Virus record (IMG/VR): IMGVR_UViG_3300042520_000681
Location: 4,095 to 68,094 of that record
DNA length: 64,000 bases
Direction: 5' to 3' (one strand)
Source of the DNA: a virus
Numbering within the stretch: position 1 is the first letter of the stretch; each line of letters opens with the position of its first letter. The translations under genes were made by a program, and so were the position numbers. The notes beneath the pieces were generated by a model. It searched no databases. It saw only the letters and a program-made list of their open reading frames with translations, and was not told the DNA's origin. Of the stretch, positions 9,062 through 17,585 are shown one piece after another.

Positions 9062-9235
9062 TTACAGGTCGGAATATTCTCTGGCGATTGCGTATGCCTG
9101 CATGATCTTCTCGTTGGCAAGATCAATTTCATCAGCGGCATAATTGATCTGATCTCGCACGGTGTAGAGCATGGCAGACTCAATGAGTCGAATAGATTCT
9201 TCTAGGTAGGTTTTAATTTTTTCTTCTGGCTTCAT
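9062..9235 (-). CDS. hypothetical protein
   Basis: 57-aa helical ORF MKPEEKIKTYL... Confidence 0.5.
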   Translation of the reverse strand: MKPEEKIKTYLEESIRLIESAMLYTVRDQINYAADEIDLANEKIMQAYAIAREYSDL

Positions 9236-9282
9236 AGAATTTGAATGTTGACACAACATGAAGTGGCATTCAAGTTGGATGT

Positions 9283-9687
9283 ATGAACACATACGAAACA
9301 TCCTGCATAATGTCTATGCCGGAATCCGAAGAAGGCTGGAAATATAATGTCCGTCCAGCCGATGAGCCAGAACTAGCCAGCCCCGGACTGCTGACTATTT
9401 GCGAGATGGATTCTTTACGATCCGAGCTACGCAACGAAAGGTATAAGCGAATGCTCGCAGAAGGTGAGGTTGCACGAATGAAGTTTGAACAGGCATGGAC
9501 TCCACACCAATCGTTTCTTGGGTTCCCGCTCCGCTCATACGACTCAAGCGATGACGACTGCAAGCGCACTAGCTATGAGGTCAAAATTGATGGCGTCTGG
9601 TGCGAGGTTGTCACTTCTGGACTGAATTTCGATACACAAGAAGCAGTCGCCACGATCTGTCAAATCCTAAAGAATAAAGCGAAATGA
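9283..9687 (+). CDS. hypothetical protein
   Basis: first gene of a rightward operon; TTGACA at 9248. Confidence 0.6.
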   Translation: MNTYETSCIMSMPESEEGWKYNVRPADEPELASPGLLTICEMDSLRSELRNERYKRMLAEGEVARMKFEQAWTPHQSFLGFPLRSYDSSDDDCKRTSYEVKIDGVWCEVVTSGLNFDTQEAVATICQILKNKAK

Positions 9688-9956
9688 AAACCGCAAGCGA
9701 TCCAGTAATAAAATTACTGGCTGGGATGATGCTTTATGCGGTGGATGATGTTCGCAAGAAAGTTCCCTCTGCATGCCCAAGGAACGAGAGAGAAGAAGCG
9801 AAGCGAACTGCAAGAGATTTTTTCAACACAAAATTCTACGAGGCGTGTTGCGATATGCTGAACATCCCAGCAGACCGAGCCAGAACCAAGGTTCTCTCGG
9901 AAGAATCAACCGAGGAATGGAAGCCAAACGATGAACTGCCCGAACTGCCAATCTAA
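9684..9956 (+). CDS. hypothetical protein
   Basis: ATGA-coupled ORF. Confidence 0.6.
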   Translation: MKTASDPVIKLLAGMMLYAVDDVRKKVPSACPRNEREEAKRTARDFFNTKFYEACCDMLNIPADRARTKVLSEESTEEWKPNDELPELPI

Positions 9957-10215
9957 AACTAAAGTCATCGACTCTCGCATTGCTGGAGACAGGACCGTTG
10001 TTTCATCCGAGCATGAATATAGCGGCCCCAAGATTCGTCGCAGGCACAAATGCGACAAGTGCAACACTAGATTTTCCACGATAGAAATTATCTGTGAAAT
10101 CATCCCCCCGAAATACAATCGAAATCGAAGGCTCGATTGGAAAGAACAAAGAACAAAAGCAACACCCGAACCATCCGACTGGTTGGAACGGATCAACCAG
10201 AAACTAAAAGAATGA
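9931..10215 (+). CDS. NrdR-N-like zinc-ribbon protein
   Basis: MNCPNC...TKVIDSR...RRRHKCDKCNTRFSTIE; no ATP cone. Confidence 0.8.
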   Translation: MNCPNCQSKTKVIDSRIAGDRTVVSSEHEYSGPKIRRRHKCDKCNTRFSTIEIICEIIPPKYNRNRRLDWKEQRTKATPEPSDWLERINQKLKE

Positions 10216-10559
10216 AATACGAAGAGTTCGTTACAGCCCTTGTTAAAGACGGGGATAAGATTAAATCAGAACTAACAGGCAACGAGTGCCACACAATCCA
10301 CATGATTATGGGAATCTGCGGTGAGGCAGGGGAGCTACTGGATGCGGTGAAAAAAGCAGTCATCTACCGCAAGCCGCTTGACCGAGTTAATGTCATTGAA
10401 GAACTAGGTGACATTGAGTTTTACCTTGAAGGATTCCGTCAGTCAGTTGGAATCTCGCGTGATGAGACAATTAAAGAGAACATGGACAAACTTTCCAAAA
10501 GGTATTCCAAAATCCAATACACAGATGAAGACGCACAAACCCGCGCCGATAAGCCCTGA
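10212..10559 (+). CDS. MazG-like nucleotide pyrophosphohydrolase
   Basis: GICGEAGELLDAVKK, EELGDIEFY, N..KL..RY motifs. Confidence 0.88.
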   Translation: MKYEEFVTALVKDGDKIKSELTGNECHTIHMIMGICGEAGELLDAVKKAVIYRKPLDRVNVIEELGDIEFYLEGFRQSVGISRDETIKENMDKLSKRYSKIQYTDEDAQTRADKP

Positions 10560-10616
10560 TACGGTCCTATTGGTATCAGTTGTTTTTATTTGCGTTATTT
10601 ATAAAGTTTTCTTGGA

Positions 10617-10832
10617 ATGATTCTACATCCGTTTATTGGCTTGGATGATTCTGGAAAACTACGAATACATATATCGCCGTTCAAACTTTACCCATTGAGT
10701 CCAATGCACAAGCGCAAGGATGACTTCCCTTCTGGATGCGATGGTATTGTTGAACAAGACATTGAAGAAGTATTACAGAAGATGAAGGATTACTTTCAAG
10801 AACATGAAGCGAGGAAGCCTAAAAAGAAATAA
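10617..10832 (+). CDS. hypothetical protein
   Basis: 71-aa coupled ORF. Confidence 0.5.
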   Translation: MILHPFIGLDDSGKLRIHISPFKLYPLSPMHKRKDDFPSGCDGIVEQDIEEVLQKMKDYFQEHEARKPKKK

Positions 10833-11079
10833 GCCGCTCAACAAAATCTCCGACAGGCAGAGAGGTAAGCTAAAGGAGTATTCTGTTGTAAGGAAAGAAT
10901 ATATGATGCTTCATCCGTTCTGCGAAGTCTGCGGACAACCAGCAACAGACATACATCACAAGGCAAAGCGAGGAGCCAACCTGTGCAACAAGGATACCTT
11001 CTTGGCGATTTGCCGTATATGTCATACAAAAGCGCACGACAATCCAGCTTGGGCAAAAGAAAATGGCTACACATCCTAA
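10804..11079 (+). CDS. HNH endonuclease
   Basis: CEVC...DIHH...CRICH...H. Confidence 0.85.
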   Translation: MKRGSLKRNKPLNKISDRQRGKLKEYSVVRKEYMMLHPFCEVCGQPATDIHHKAKRGANLCNKDTFLAICRICHTKAHDNPAWAKENGYTS

Positions 11080-11524
11080 AACAATATTCGCAATAGACCC
11101 CGGCCCAGAGAAGTCAGCATTCGTTCAATGGAACGGAAAGGTTATCGACCACGGACACATCGACAACTTTGATATGCGGCAACTCTTGATCGGAAGGGAG
11201 TATGACATCGTAGCCTGCGAGATGGTAGCCAGCTACGGCATGGCGGTAGGAGCCAGCGTGTTTGATACTTGCCGATGGGTAGGTAGATTCACTGAGGTTG
11301 CTAGGACGGATACAATCCTGTGCTACAGGAAGGACATCAAGATGTTCCTATGCAAAACGATGAGGTCTAAAGATAAAGACATCCGACAAGCATTACTGAA
11401 CCTAGTAGGACAACAAGGGACTAAAGATAATCAAGGTCCAACCTACGGATTAAAATCTCACACTTGGTCAGCACTAGCCGTTGCGGTGTATGCAGAAAAC
11501 AAATTGACTACGCTAAAGCATTAG
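11063..11524 (+). CDS. RuvC-like Holliday junction resolvase
   Basis: IFAIDPG, VACE, K..D, W.ALAVA RNase-H-fold motifs. Confidence 0.75.
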   Translation: MATHPKTIFAIDPGPEKSAFVQWNGKVIDHGHIDNFDMRQLLIGREYDIVACEMVASYGMAVGASVFDTCRWVGRFTEVARTDTILCYRKDIKMFLCKTMRSKDKDIRQALLNLVGQQGTKDNQGPTYGLKSHTWSALAVAVYAENKLTTLKH

Positions 11525-11531
11525 TTAATGT
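11504..11531 (+). promoter_or_regulatory. promoter of candidate sRNA
   Basis: TTGACT-N16-TAATGT with no downstream + strand ORF. Confidence 0.6.
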
Positions 11532-11534
11532 TGT

Positions 11535-11612
11535 CTCACCCCTCGTTCAGCGTGGGTGTTTCATGTGTGTTCATAGGTGAAGAGGGGGGCGCAAGCTCCC
11601 CTCTTCTATTTT
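11535..11612 (+). ncRNA. candidate trans-acting sRNA with anti-AUG loop
   Basis: TCACC/GGTGA stem enclosing TGTTTCATGTGTGTTCATA, then a GCAA-loop terminator AAGAGGGG/CCCCTCTT plus T tract. Confidence 0.55.
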
Positions 11613-11866
11613 AGTCTGTAGAAAATAATTTGACGGACTGAATTATCGCTTACAACCGAGAATATCTTTTTATCAATTTTTAACTTCTTCATTCTATGTG
11701 TCGCTCCACCTATCGACAGCTTGAGGTTCTCAGCTATTTCATATACATCAATCCACCCCTTATCCCTTAATTCTTCCTTTTCGTATGTTTTGTTTTGATT
11801 GAAAAACTCCTGCCAAGCATTCTTTATATTGGCAACATCCACGGGTTGTTTCGTTTTCTTTCGCAT
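11606..11866 (-). CDS. putative HTH protein
   Basis: GWIDVYEIAENLKLSIGGATHRMKKL helix-turn-helix pattern. Confidence 0.5.
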   Translation of the reverse strand: MRKKTKQPVDVANIKNAWQEFFNQNKTYEKEELRDKGWIDVYEIAENLKLSIGGATHRMKKLKIDKKIFSVVSDNSVRQIIFYRLK

Positions 11867-12588
11867 AGGTTTACTGTTATTTGTGTGTCTGAATAATATC
11901 CGTAGCCAAACCCTTGGCTCCAAGAAAGTGTCTGTCTTTTCGTCTTAGCGTAGTCCGCATCAAATCGCATAAGCATTCCAACGGAATATCCGGCAGCTCC
12001 GTTAAGCGTTCTAGCCTGCTCTATACCGACTCGGTGGATGTGTCCCATTACACAGGAGCCAAATGTTTCAGCATGATCTCGGATAGCCGCAACATTAAAC
12101 ATGAAGCCGTGGATGAATCTTGTTCCTCCAATGATAGGATGGGATTGCATATCGTATGAATACAGCCTCGCCTTGAGGTTCTTTGCCGTCTTCTCGATCT
12201 CTTGTATGACAAGTGTGGATGCATGGGCAGCTAGAGCATTCGGCGAGCTAGCGAGGCGAAACAAGCGATCTTCGTGGTTTCCGTAAAGGATGTGGTTAGG
12301 TCTAAACTCCTGAAGGAAGTCAACACCAGCCGCCAAATCTTCAGCTACAGATGCAGCCCTGTCCGAAGCATTAGGATCATTCATCGCGCCAGAGCGAGCT
12401 GCTGCCATATCCACGAAGTCTCCAAGGTGAATCGTTGTATCAGGCTTGAACCTGTCCTTAAAAGCAAGGACAGCATCCCTAGCCTCTGGGTCAATGTGAT
12501 CTCCGTGGGAACAGCTAACCGCCATCCACTTCTTCCATTTCTTTGTGATGTTGAACGGCTGGAACCGCTCGCTAGTCTTAGCTTTCAT
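11824..12588 (-). CDS. calcineurin-like metallophosphoesterase
   Basis: CSHG, LGDFVD, GNHE, HG, GHIHR motifs (first Asp replaced by Cys). Confidence 0.85.
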   Translation of the reverse strand: MKAKTSERFQPFNITKKWKKWMAVSCSHGDHIDPEARDAVLAFKDRFKPDTTIHLGDFVDMAAARSGAMNDPNASDRAASVAEDLAAGVDFLQEFRPNHILYGNHEDRLFRLASSPNALAAHASTLVIQEIEKTAKNLKARLYSYDMQSHPIIGGTRFIHGFMFNVAAIRDHAETFGSCVMGHIHRVGIEQARTLNGAAGYSVGMLMRFDADYAKTKRQTLSWSQGFGYGYYSDTQITVNLCERKRNNPWMLPI

Positions 12589-12790
12589 TTGGTATCTTTG
12601 GGCATTCAAAGTCGTCTTGGCTGAAGACTGGTTTGCCAGTCTCGTCCAAGTGCGGGAAGTGACGCAGGCAGCTATAGGCTCGGTCTGAAATCTCAGTCAC
12701 GGTCTTTGGCCTAGTAGTGTGATGGAGTAGATCGCGGAGGAATTTACGAGTCTTGTATAGCGAATACTGCTGTTCGTAGCGTAGGCTCAT
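12578..12790 (-). CDS. small protein, BPSL0761-like
   Basis: FL.DL...A..CLRHFP motif. Confidence 0.55.
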   Translation of the reverse strand: MSLRYEQQYSLYKTRKFLRDLLHHTTRPKTVTEISDRAYSCLRHFPHLDETGKPVFSQDDFECPKIPNES

Positions 12791-12984
12791 TGTATCTCCT
12801 TGTGTTGTTTTATTTCCGTTGGAGTGAATAACTTTAAGAATAATTCAGTAGAGCCAATCCATGAGAATCCTTCTCCCCATGAAATTGTTTCGCCTGAACT
12901 CGACATAACTACCTGCTGGTCTTTTCCGCGTCCAGATTGATCTCCACGGAATGTCCACCAGCTACTAGGCTTGGGTATCATCAT
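12787..12984 (-). CDS. hypothetical protein
   Basis: coupled 65-aa ORF. Confidence 0.45.
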   Translation of the reverse strand: MMIPKPSSWWTFRGDQSGRGKDQQVVMSSSGETISWGEGFSWIGSTELFLKLFTPTEIKQHKEIQ

Positions 12985-13267
12985 GTAATAGTTCTTGTGG
13001 GAATTTGTGAAGCAAGTCAACCAAGGCATCTTCCCCGTCGATAATCGCATCCTCGCTCAACTGAGGGTAAACAGCATGTAGCACTTCGTGGATGGCGGTT
13101 GATAGGACGGAAGAAGGGTCTGGATCAACAAGTATCTTCTTTTCTTCTTCGACGCACAACCCAATGTCATCCTCTTCCACTCCGATATAATCGTCTTCAG
13201 TTGGCTTCTTGAAAAGAACCTTCCAAGTTTCCGATTTGACACGAACACTTATCCGTTTGGGTCGCAC
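12965..13267 (-). CDS. small zincin-like metallopeptidase
   Basis: G.C...KKI.V...TAIHEVLHA (HExxH) with a downstream E. Confidence 0.7.
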   Translation of the reverse strand: MRPKRISVRVKSETWKVLFKKPTEDDYIGVEEDDIGLCVEEEKKILVDPDPSSVLSTAIHEVLHAVYPQLSEDAIIDGEDALVDLLHKFPQELLHDDTQA

Positions 13268-13334
13268 AACAATAGAATTTCAGATTGTTTTAAGAAGTCA
13301 AAAGATATTTTTATATGCCAGTGTAAGTTGCTTA

Positions 13335-13619
13335 CTACCATTTAGTCACACAACTCCAGTATCGAGCAGAAAATTTATCTTTGGCCGAAGAACATTTATG
13401 ACGAGCCTTGAAGCTCTCTCTACGCTTGCGGTCAGCAGCAGACTCGCCTTCGCGTTTGGGAGAACCTGATACACCTTGTTGCCCGAACCTGACAGTCTTT
13501 GTCTTTCCATTTTGACTTGCCAAAACTACATGGGATTTCTTGGCTCCCGGCGTTCTCTTGGGTTTATTAACACCAGAAACACCGAGCCTTTTCATTGCAG
13601 ATTTAATTGCCTCGCTCAT
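13335..13619 (-). CDS. conserved basic phage protein
   Basis: NKPKRTP..KKSHVVLA...VRFGQQG...RR.SFKARH.C...SARYWS..KW. Confidence 0.7.
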   Translation of the reverse strand: MSEAIKSAMKRLGVSGVNKPKRTPGAKKSHVVLASQNGKTKTVRFGQQGVSGSPKREGESAADRKRRESFKARHKCSSAKDKFSARYWSCVTKW

Positions 13620-13620
13620 G

Positions 13621-13923
13621 TTATTTGCCCTTGTAGAATTCCGCTTGTTGATTGTGAAGTGACTCGGCATACTTATCCGCTGACGCTCTATCCTTAAAAA
13701 TGCCAAGATGCTTTTTGTTTTTCATTGCATAGGAAATTGCATCCTTGGGATTCATTACAGTTCCATCATCAGCGATTGTAGGAACCAATACAACTCCTCT
13801 GTCTGTATCAAAGCTCATTGATTTGACGGTGCTGATACTGCCATCTGGATTCTTAACAATCGGTCTATTAAATAAGTCTATGTTACCAAACTCTACTATG
13901 CCATCAATCTCTTCCTTACTCAT
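13621..13923 (-). CDS. conserved phage protein
   Basis: GNIDL.NRP.VKN.DGSISTV.SMS...LVPT...HLGIF....A..YA..LH. Confidence 0.7.
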   Translation of the reverse strand: MSKEEIDGIVEFGNIDLFNRPIVKNPDGSISTVKSMSFDTDRGVVLVPTIADDGTVMNPKDAISYAMKNKKHLGIFKDRASADKYAESLHNQQAEFYKGK

Positions 13924-14296
13924 TGCTCAATGCCTCCCTGATAATTTGTTTTACATGGTTGATCTGTCTCGCCTTCAAGCATTGTCTCAAAATGCTTTTT
14001 AGTTTTGCGTTCTCTTTTTTTAGTTTTTCAATTTCTTCTTCAGACATAAATCATTTTAGCAATTACATATAAAGAAAGTAACGAAACGATCATTACAATA
14101 GCGGCTAGTATCCATAGATTTACTTTATGCATTATCGTTTATTTTTGTAGTAATCCGTAAGCGTTCCTTTACGACGAGCTTCGTTCTCATCCCACCAATC
14201 AGAAACACCTTCTTTTACTTTCTCCCAAATACTTTTTTCCTTGTAGCGTTCTAATAACGCTTGTTTTTTTTTCTTATATTCATCCGATTCCATAAT

Positions 14297-14872
14297 TCAA
14301 GAGATAAATTTTTTACTGAACTCAAGAGCGTTGTCCCACCTATTCTTTAGGCCGTTCCAGAACTTAGCCCTAGCGCCAACTGGAGGAGCAACACGAATCT
14401 CGTATGTTTCCCTAGCGATACGAAGATGGTTGAGAAGGTCTGGAATGTTCTTCATTGCTTTAGCAAGAGTAGCTTTGGTAATAGGTCCGAACTTTCCGTC
14501 ATCGGCGATCTGTAGCGCAATCTGTAAGATTCTTAACGCACCTTTAGGGCCGCGATTAAAAGCAGTATCCCGAAGGAATGATTCAATAGCAGGCTCCTCT
14601 GTCCAAGCCTTAACGACATCAGTGTATTCCACTAGATACTTCTTGATATAATTCTCAGCGTGAGCGTGTCTATTGTTATCCAATAATGACTTGATATGGT
14701 TAGCCGCTTTAGGATGATACCTATCGTTGATCCCAGCTATCTCAAATGTTCCACCGCCATCAGCTTTGGGTAGTAGATATACTTTAAGTCTGCCTAGTTT
14801 GTCACGCCTAGCCTCTGACTTCAGAATAAAGTCAGCCATCTCTAGCCGTTCTGCTGTCGTAGAAATTCTCAT
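14297..14872 (-). CDS. endolysin, GH108-like with peptidoglycan-binding region
   Basis: E near N-terminus, D.GG...AGI, D.AFN.G...A..ILQ.AL....DG..GP.T, F..G..NR. Confidence 0.8.
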   Translation of the reverse strand: MRISTTAERLEMADFILKSEARRDKLGRLKVYLLPKADGGGTFEIAGINDRYHPKAANHIKSLLDNNRHAHAENYIKKYLVEYTDVVKAWTEEPAIESFLRDTAFNRGPKGALRILQIALQIADDGKFGPITKATLAKAMKNIPDLLNHLRIARETYEIRVAPPVGARAKFWNGLKNRWDNALEFSKKFIS

Positions 14873-15333
14873 TAGAAGTCAGCCTGCCCTTTAATTTCCC
14901 CTTTGATCGGAAGGATGGATATACTCACCCAAAGGCTATCAATTAAACGAATCAAGAATGGGCGATCATCCACGATGGGAGTAACCCTAATTGGATTCTC
15001 ATACCAAACATGGCTAGGATACGGCATAGCTGACATGCTTGTTGCGGCAAAGATTAGGAAGATGCCTAGAAACTTTTTAACTGGCTTGGCCTTTCTTACT
15101 TCAGCATTAGGGTTAAACAATCCCCCCGGCCTTGTTCGTCTGATATTCTTTCTAGCCTTAACCCTCCCGTAAACAGCAAGCCCAGCACCAACAGCTTCCA
15201 TCGCTATCGTTACAATATCCGTCAACTCTTCATTAATAATATCAACCCTGAACCACTTCAGGGCTTGAGCTAATAGCATAACAACGATTCCGATAATCGT
15301 CCGGCTCTGCCACCATGCCTTCTCCTCGTTCAT
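14872..15333 (-). CDS. holin-like membrane protein
   Basis: K.WWQSRTI.G...G..LAVYGR..A two-TM motif plus a further hydrophobic segment; next to the endolysin. Confidence 0.65.
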   Translation of the reverse strand: MNEEKAWWQSRTIIGIVVMLLAQALKWFRVDIINEELTDIVTIAMEAVGAGLAVYGRVKARKNIRRTRPGGLFNPNAEVRKAKPVKKFLGIFLIFAATSMSAMPYPSHVWYENPIRVTPIVDDRPFLIRLIDSLWVSISILPIKGEIKGQADF

Positions 15334-15623
15334 TTATCGGTCAGCTTGGCAAGAGCAAGCTCGATAGCAAGGTTGACCGTGCGATTGGAGGCATTGATAC
15401 CCTCCTTAACAGCGGCATCTTTAATCTTATCTACAGCAATCTTACGCTTCTCATCGCCGCTCTTATCTGAGGTTAGCAATGAAGACACGACTTCCATAGC
15501 GATAGGCAGAAGTTCTTTCAATAAAGAAGTAGCAGACTCCCGAAGGATCGGGATGATGAATTCAATAACAGACTTGGACGCTCCAGTAATAGCGGAGATG
15601 GCTTTAATAAGTAGTGCTTTCAT
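15330..15623 (-). CDS. LL-H-like holin/lysis accessory protein
   Basis: SG.EKR..A.......N.AIE.A motif in the lysis cassette. Confidence 0.55.
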   Translation of the reverse strand: MKALLIKAISAITGASKSVIEFIIPILRESATSLLKELLPIAMEVVSSLLTSDKSGDEKRKIAVDKIKDAAVKEGINASNRTVNLAIELALAKLTDK

Positions 15624-15820
15624 TTGTCTTTTTTATCGTTGTTTCGTTTCTCTATCATTACAATAATTGATACGATAGCTGCAATCGTCCCGAATGCAAG
15701 TGAGCTAATACGCAACCACTGCTCTACATGCGGCAAGATAGAGATAACTACAGCTAGTAAACTTGTGATGGAACCCATAATTCCAGTGTGATGAGGGTAA
15801 GATTGCGGATCAAGATTCAT
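15620..15820 (-). CDS. two-TM holin-like protein
   Basis: two hydrophobic helices and a basic C-terminal tail. Confidence 0.6.
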   Translation of the reverse strand: MNLDPQSYPHHTGIMGSITSLLAVVISILPHVEQWLRISSLAFGTIAAIVSIIVMIEKRNNDKKDK

Positions 15821-15863
15821 TTCGCATTATTTTATTTGTATGTAATTCTAATATTTATTTCAA

Positions 15864-16106
15864 TTAAGTAACAGGTAATGAGGAAAAATACTCTTCCTCT
15901 GTTATTTCTGTTGCTCCAGAAACATCGAAATGTGAAGCAATAATTGGAATTGCGGCTATGAGGCAACGATCTTCGGCATCACGGGGAGCTTCGTTGGATG
16001 GAACGAACCAAGTTGATGCTATGGAATTCGGGAATCCGCTGGAGGAGTCCATTGCAGCACGAATGGTTTCATATGATTCTTGAGATGATCGGAAGAAGCG
16101 CCTCAT
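15864..16106 (-). CDS. hypothetical protein (possible fibre chaperone)
   Basis: ATGA-coupled to the upstream fibre gene. Confidence 0.5.
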   Translation of the reverse strand: MRRFFRSSQESYETIRAAMDSSSGFPNSIASTWFVPSNEAPRDAEDRCLIAAIPIIASHFDVSGATEITEEEYFSSLPVT

Positions 16107-17554
16107 ATAGCAATTCCCCATTTGGCGCTCAAGTAGCTCTCGACTTGTTGGCGCTCGACGGTGGTGAGGAGGCGGTCGTAAAAAATAAGCTCAGCCAATT
16201 CGATGTTGCAAGTTACACCGATTGAGATTGTTGCAACATCCGTATCGCTTGTTGTTCCAGCCGTTCCTTGAGGATTCTGATAAATCAGAACGCCATTTTT
16301 ATACATAAAAACTGTTGACTCAGAATAATCTACAGCGTCTGCGATCAACTCAAAATCTAGCGAAACACTCCCACTAGGCGACCTCGAATCAGATGTTGGA
16401 TCGGAATCTAGTCTTCGTGTCACGATTGAGCGTTGCGCCATGCCAATTCGGCGAGATTCAAAGCGCCTAAGGCCACCTACGCGAAAAATAGCCTTCCCAG
16501 CCGTGGAAAGTATTTCTTTGTGTTTTAATACAGCAAGAAAAGTTGCCCCTGTTTTTGAACGCAAGAGTCCGGGCGCACTCACTAATGAAAGAGAATCATC
16601 CGTGCCGTCAAAAGAGATGGTGTTCTTTCCGTTAAGCGATGCGGTAGACAGGATCGGTCGGCTGTTGACGGTGCTTTGAGTGAAATTTCTAGAGTTAGTT
16701 GAAAGGTCTTCCCATCGTCCAATCGCCGCCCCATTGGTTGTGACAATTGAACCTCCACTTGTGGAGTCATAAATGCCGTTTGTGGCATCAAGCCAAATAG
16801 CCAGAGATGTAATAGAATTTGGATCGAATCCGCCGCTCCTATCAGCTACAACAGAATCGTCTGAAAACTTCTTCCAAAACCCGTTCCAAAAATAAACTGG
16901 TATCTCAAGAGTTGAATCAAACGCAAAATTGCCTGTAGATGGGAGAGATGTTGTTGCGTATGATTGTATCTGGAAACTTGGTCCTGTGGCTCCAGTTGAC
17001 CCTGAAACTCCAGCCGCTCCGGTTGCTCCCGTTGCTCCTGCTATACCATTCTCTCCAGAAATACCCGTAGCTCCTGTAGCGCCATTCACCCCATTAACTC
17101 CCGTTGCCCCCGTAGCTCCGTTCACTCCGTTTGGACCAGTTGAACCAGTTGCCCCAGTCGCTCCACCCGGACTTCCAGCGGGTCCAGTCGCTCCAGTCGC
17201 ACCATCACTCAAGTCTCCAGCATATAGCCAATCAGAAAGATTTCCGTTATTTGCTATTCGCGTATAGAGTCCAGATGGATGCCTATTGATTAATGGGATT
17301 CCAGTTGACTCAAGAACGATATAAACAGAACGAAGCGGAGGATTGTTAAGCGTTATAGGAAGATCGTTGTAGGTTTGAACTTCGCCAGAGATTCTTCCGC
17401 TTCCACTAACAGCAGTCTCGTATGTATTCTGGACTACCTTGTATAAAAGATTCCACCTTCCATCTCCGCGAGTTGGCGGATTAGGACCAGTGTTAATTGC
17501 AATCTTGGCGATTAGATTGTTTTCGGAATCTCCGAATTGTGGAAGAAGTGGCAT
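16103..17554 (-). CDS. virion fibre: collagen GAT repeats plus LamG/ConA-like C-terminal domain
   Basis: GATG triplets; [25 protein letters not shown]...ER..VE.YL..KWG. Confidence 0.8.
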   Translation of the reverse strand: MPLLPQFGDSENNLIAKIAINTGPNPPTRGDGRWNLLYKVVQNTYETAVSGSGRISGEVQTYNDLPITLNNPPLRSVYIVLESTGIPLINRHPSGLYTRIANNGNLSDWLYAGDLSDGATGATGPAGSPGGATGATGSTGPNGVNGATGATGVNGVNGATGATGISGENGIAGATGATGAAGVSGSTGATGPSFQIQSYATTSLPSTGNFAFDSTLEIPVYFWNGFWKKFSDDSVVADRSGGFDPNSITSLAIWLDATNGIYDSTSGGSIVTTNGAAIGRWEDLSTNSRNFTQSTVNSRPILSTASLNGKNTISFDGTDDSLSLVSAPGLLRSKTGATFLAVLKHKEILSTAGKAIFRVGGLRRFESRRIGMAQRSIVTRRLDSDPTSDSRSPSGSVSLDFELIADAVDYSESTVFMYKNGVLIYQNPQGTAGTTSDTDVATISIGVTCNIELAELIFYDRLLTTVERQQVESYLSAKWGIAI

Positions 17555-17585
17555 TGGTTTATAGTATTAACATACACTATTTTAA

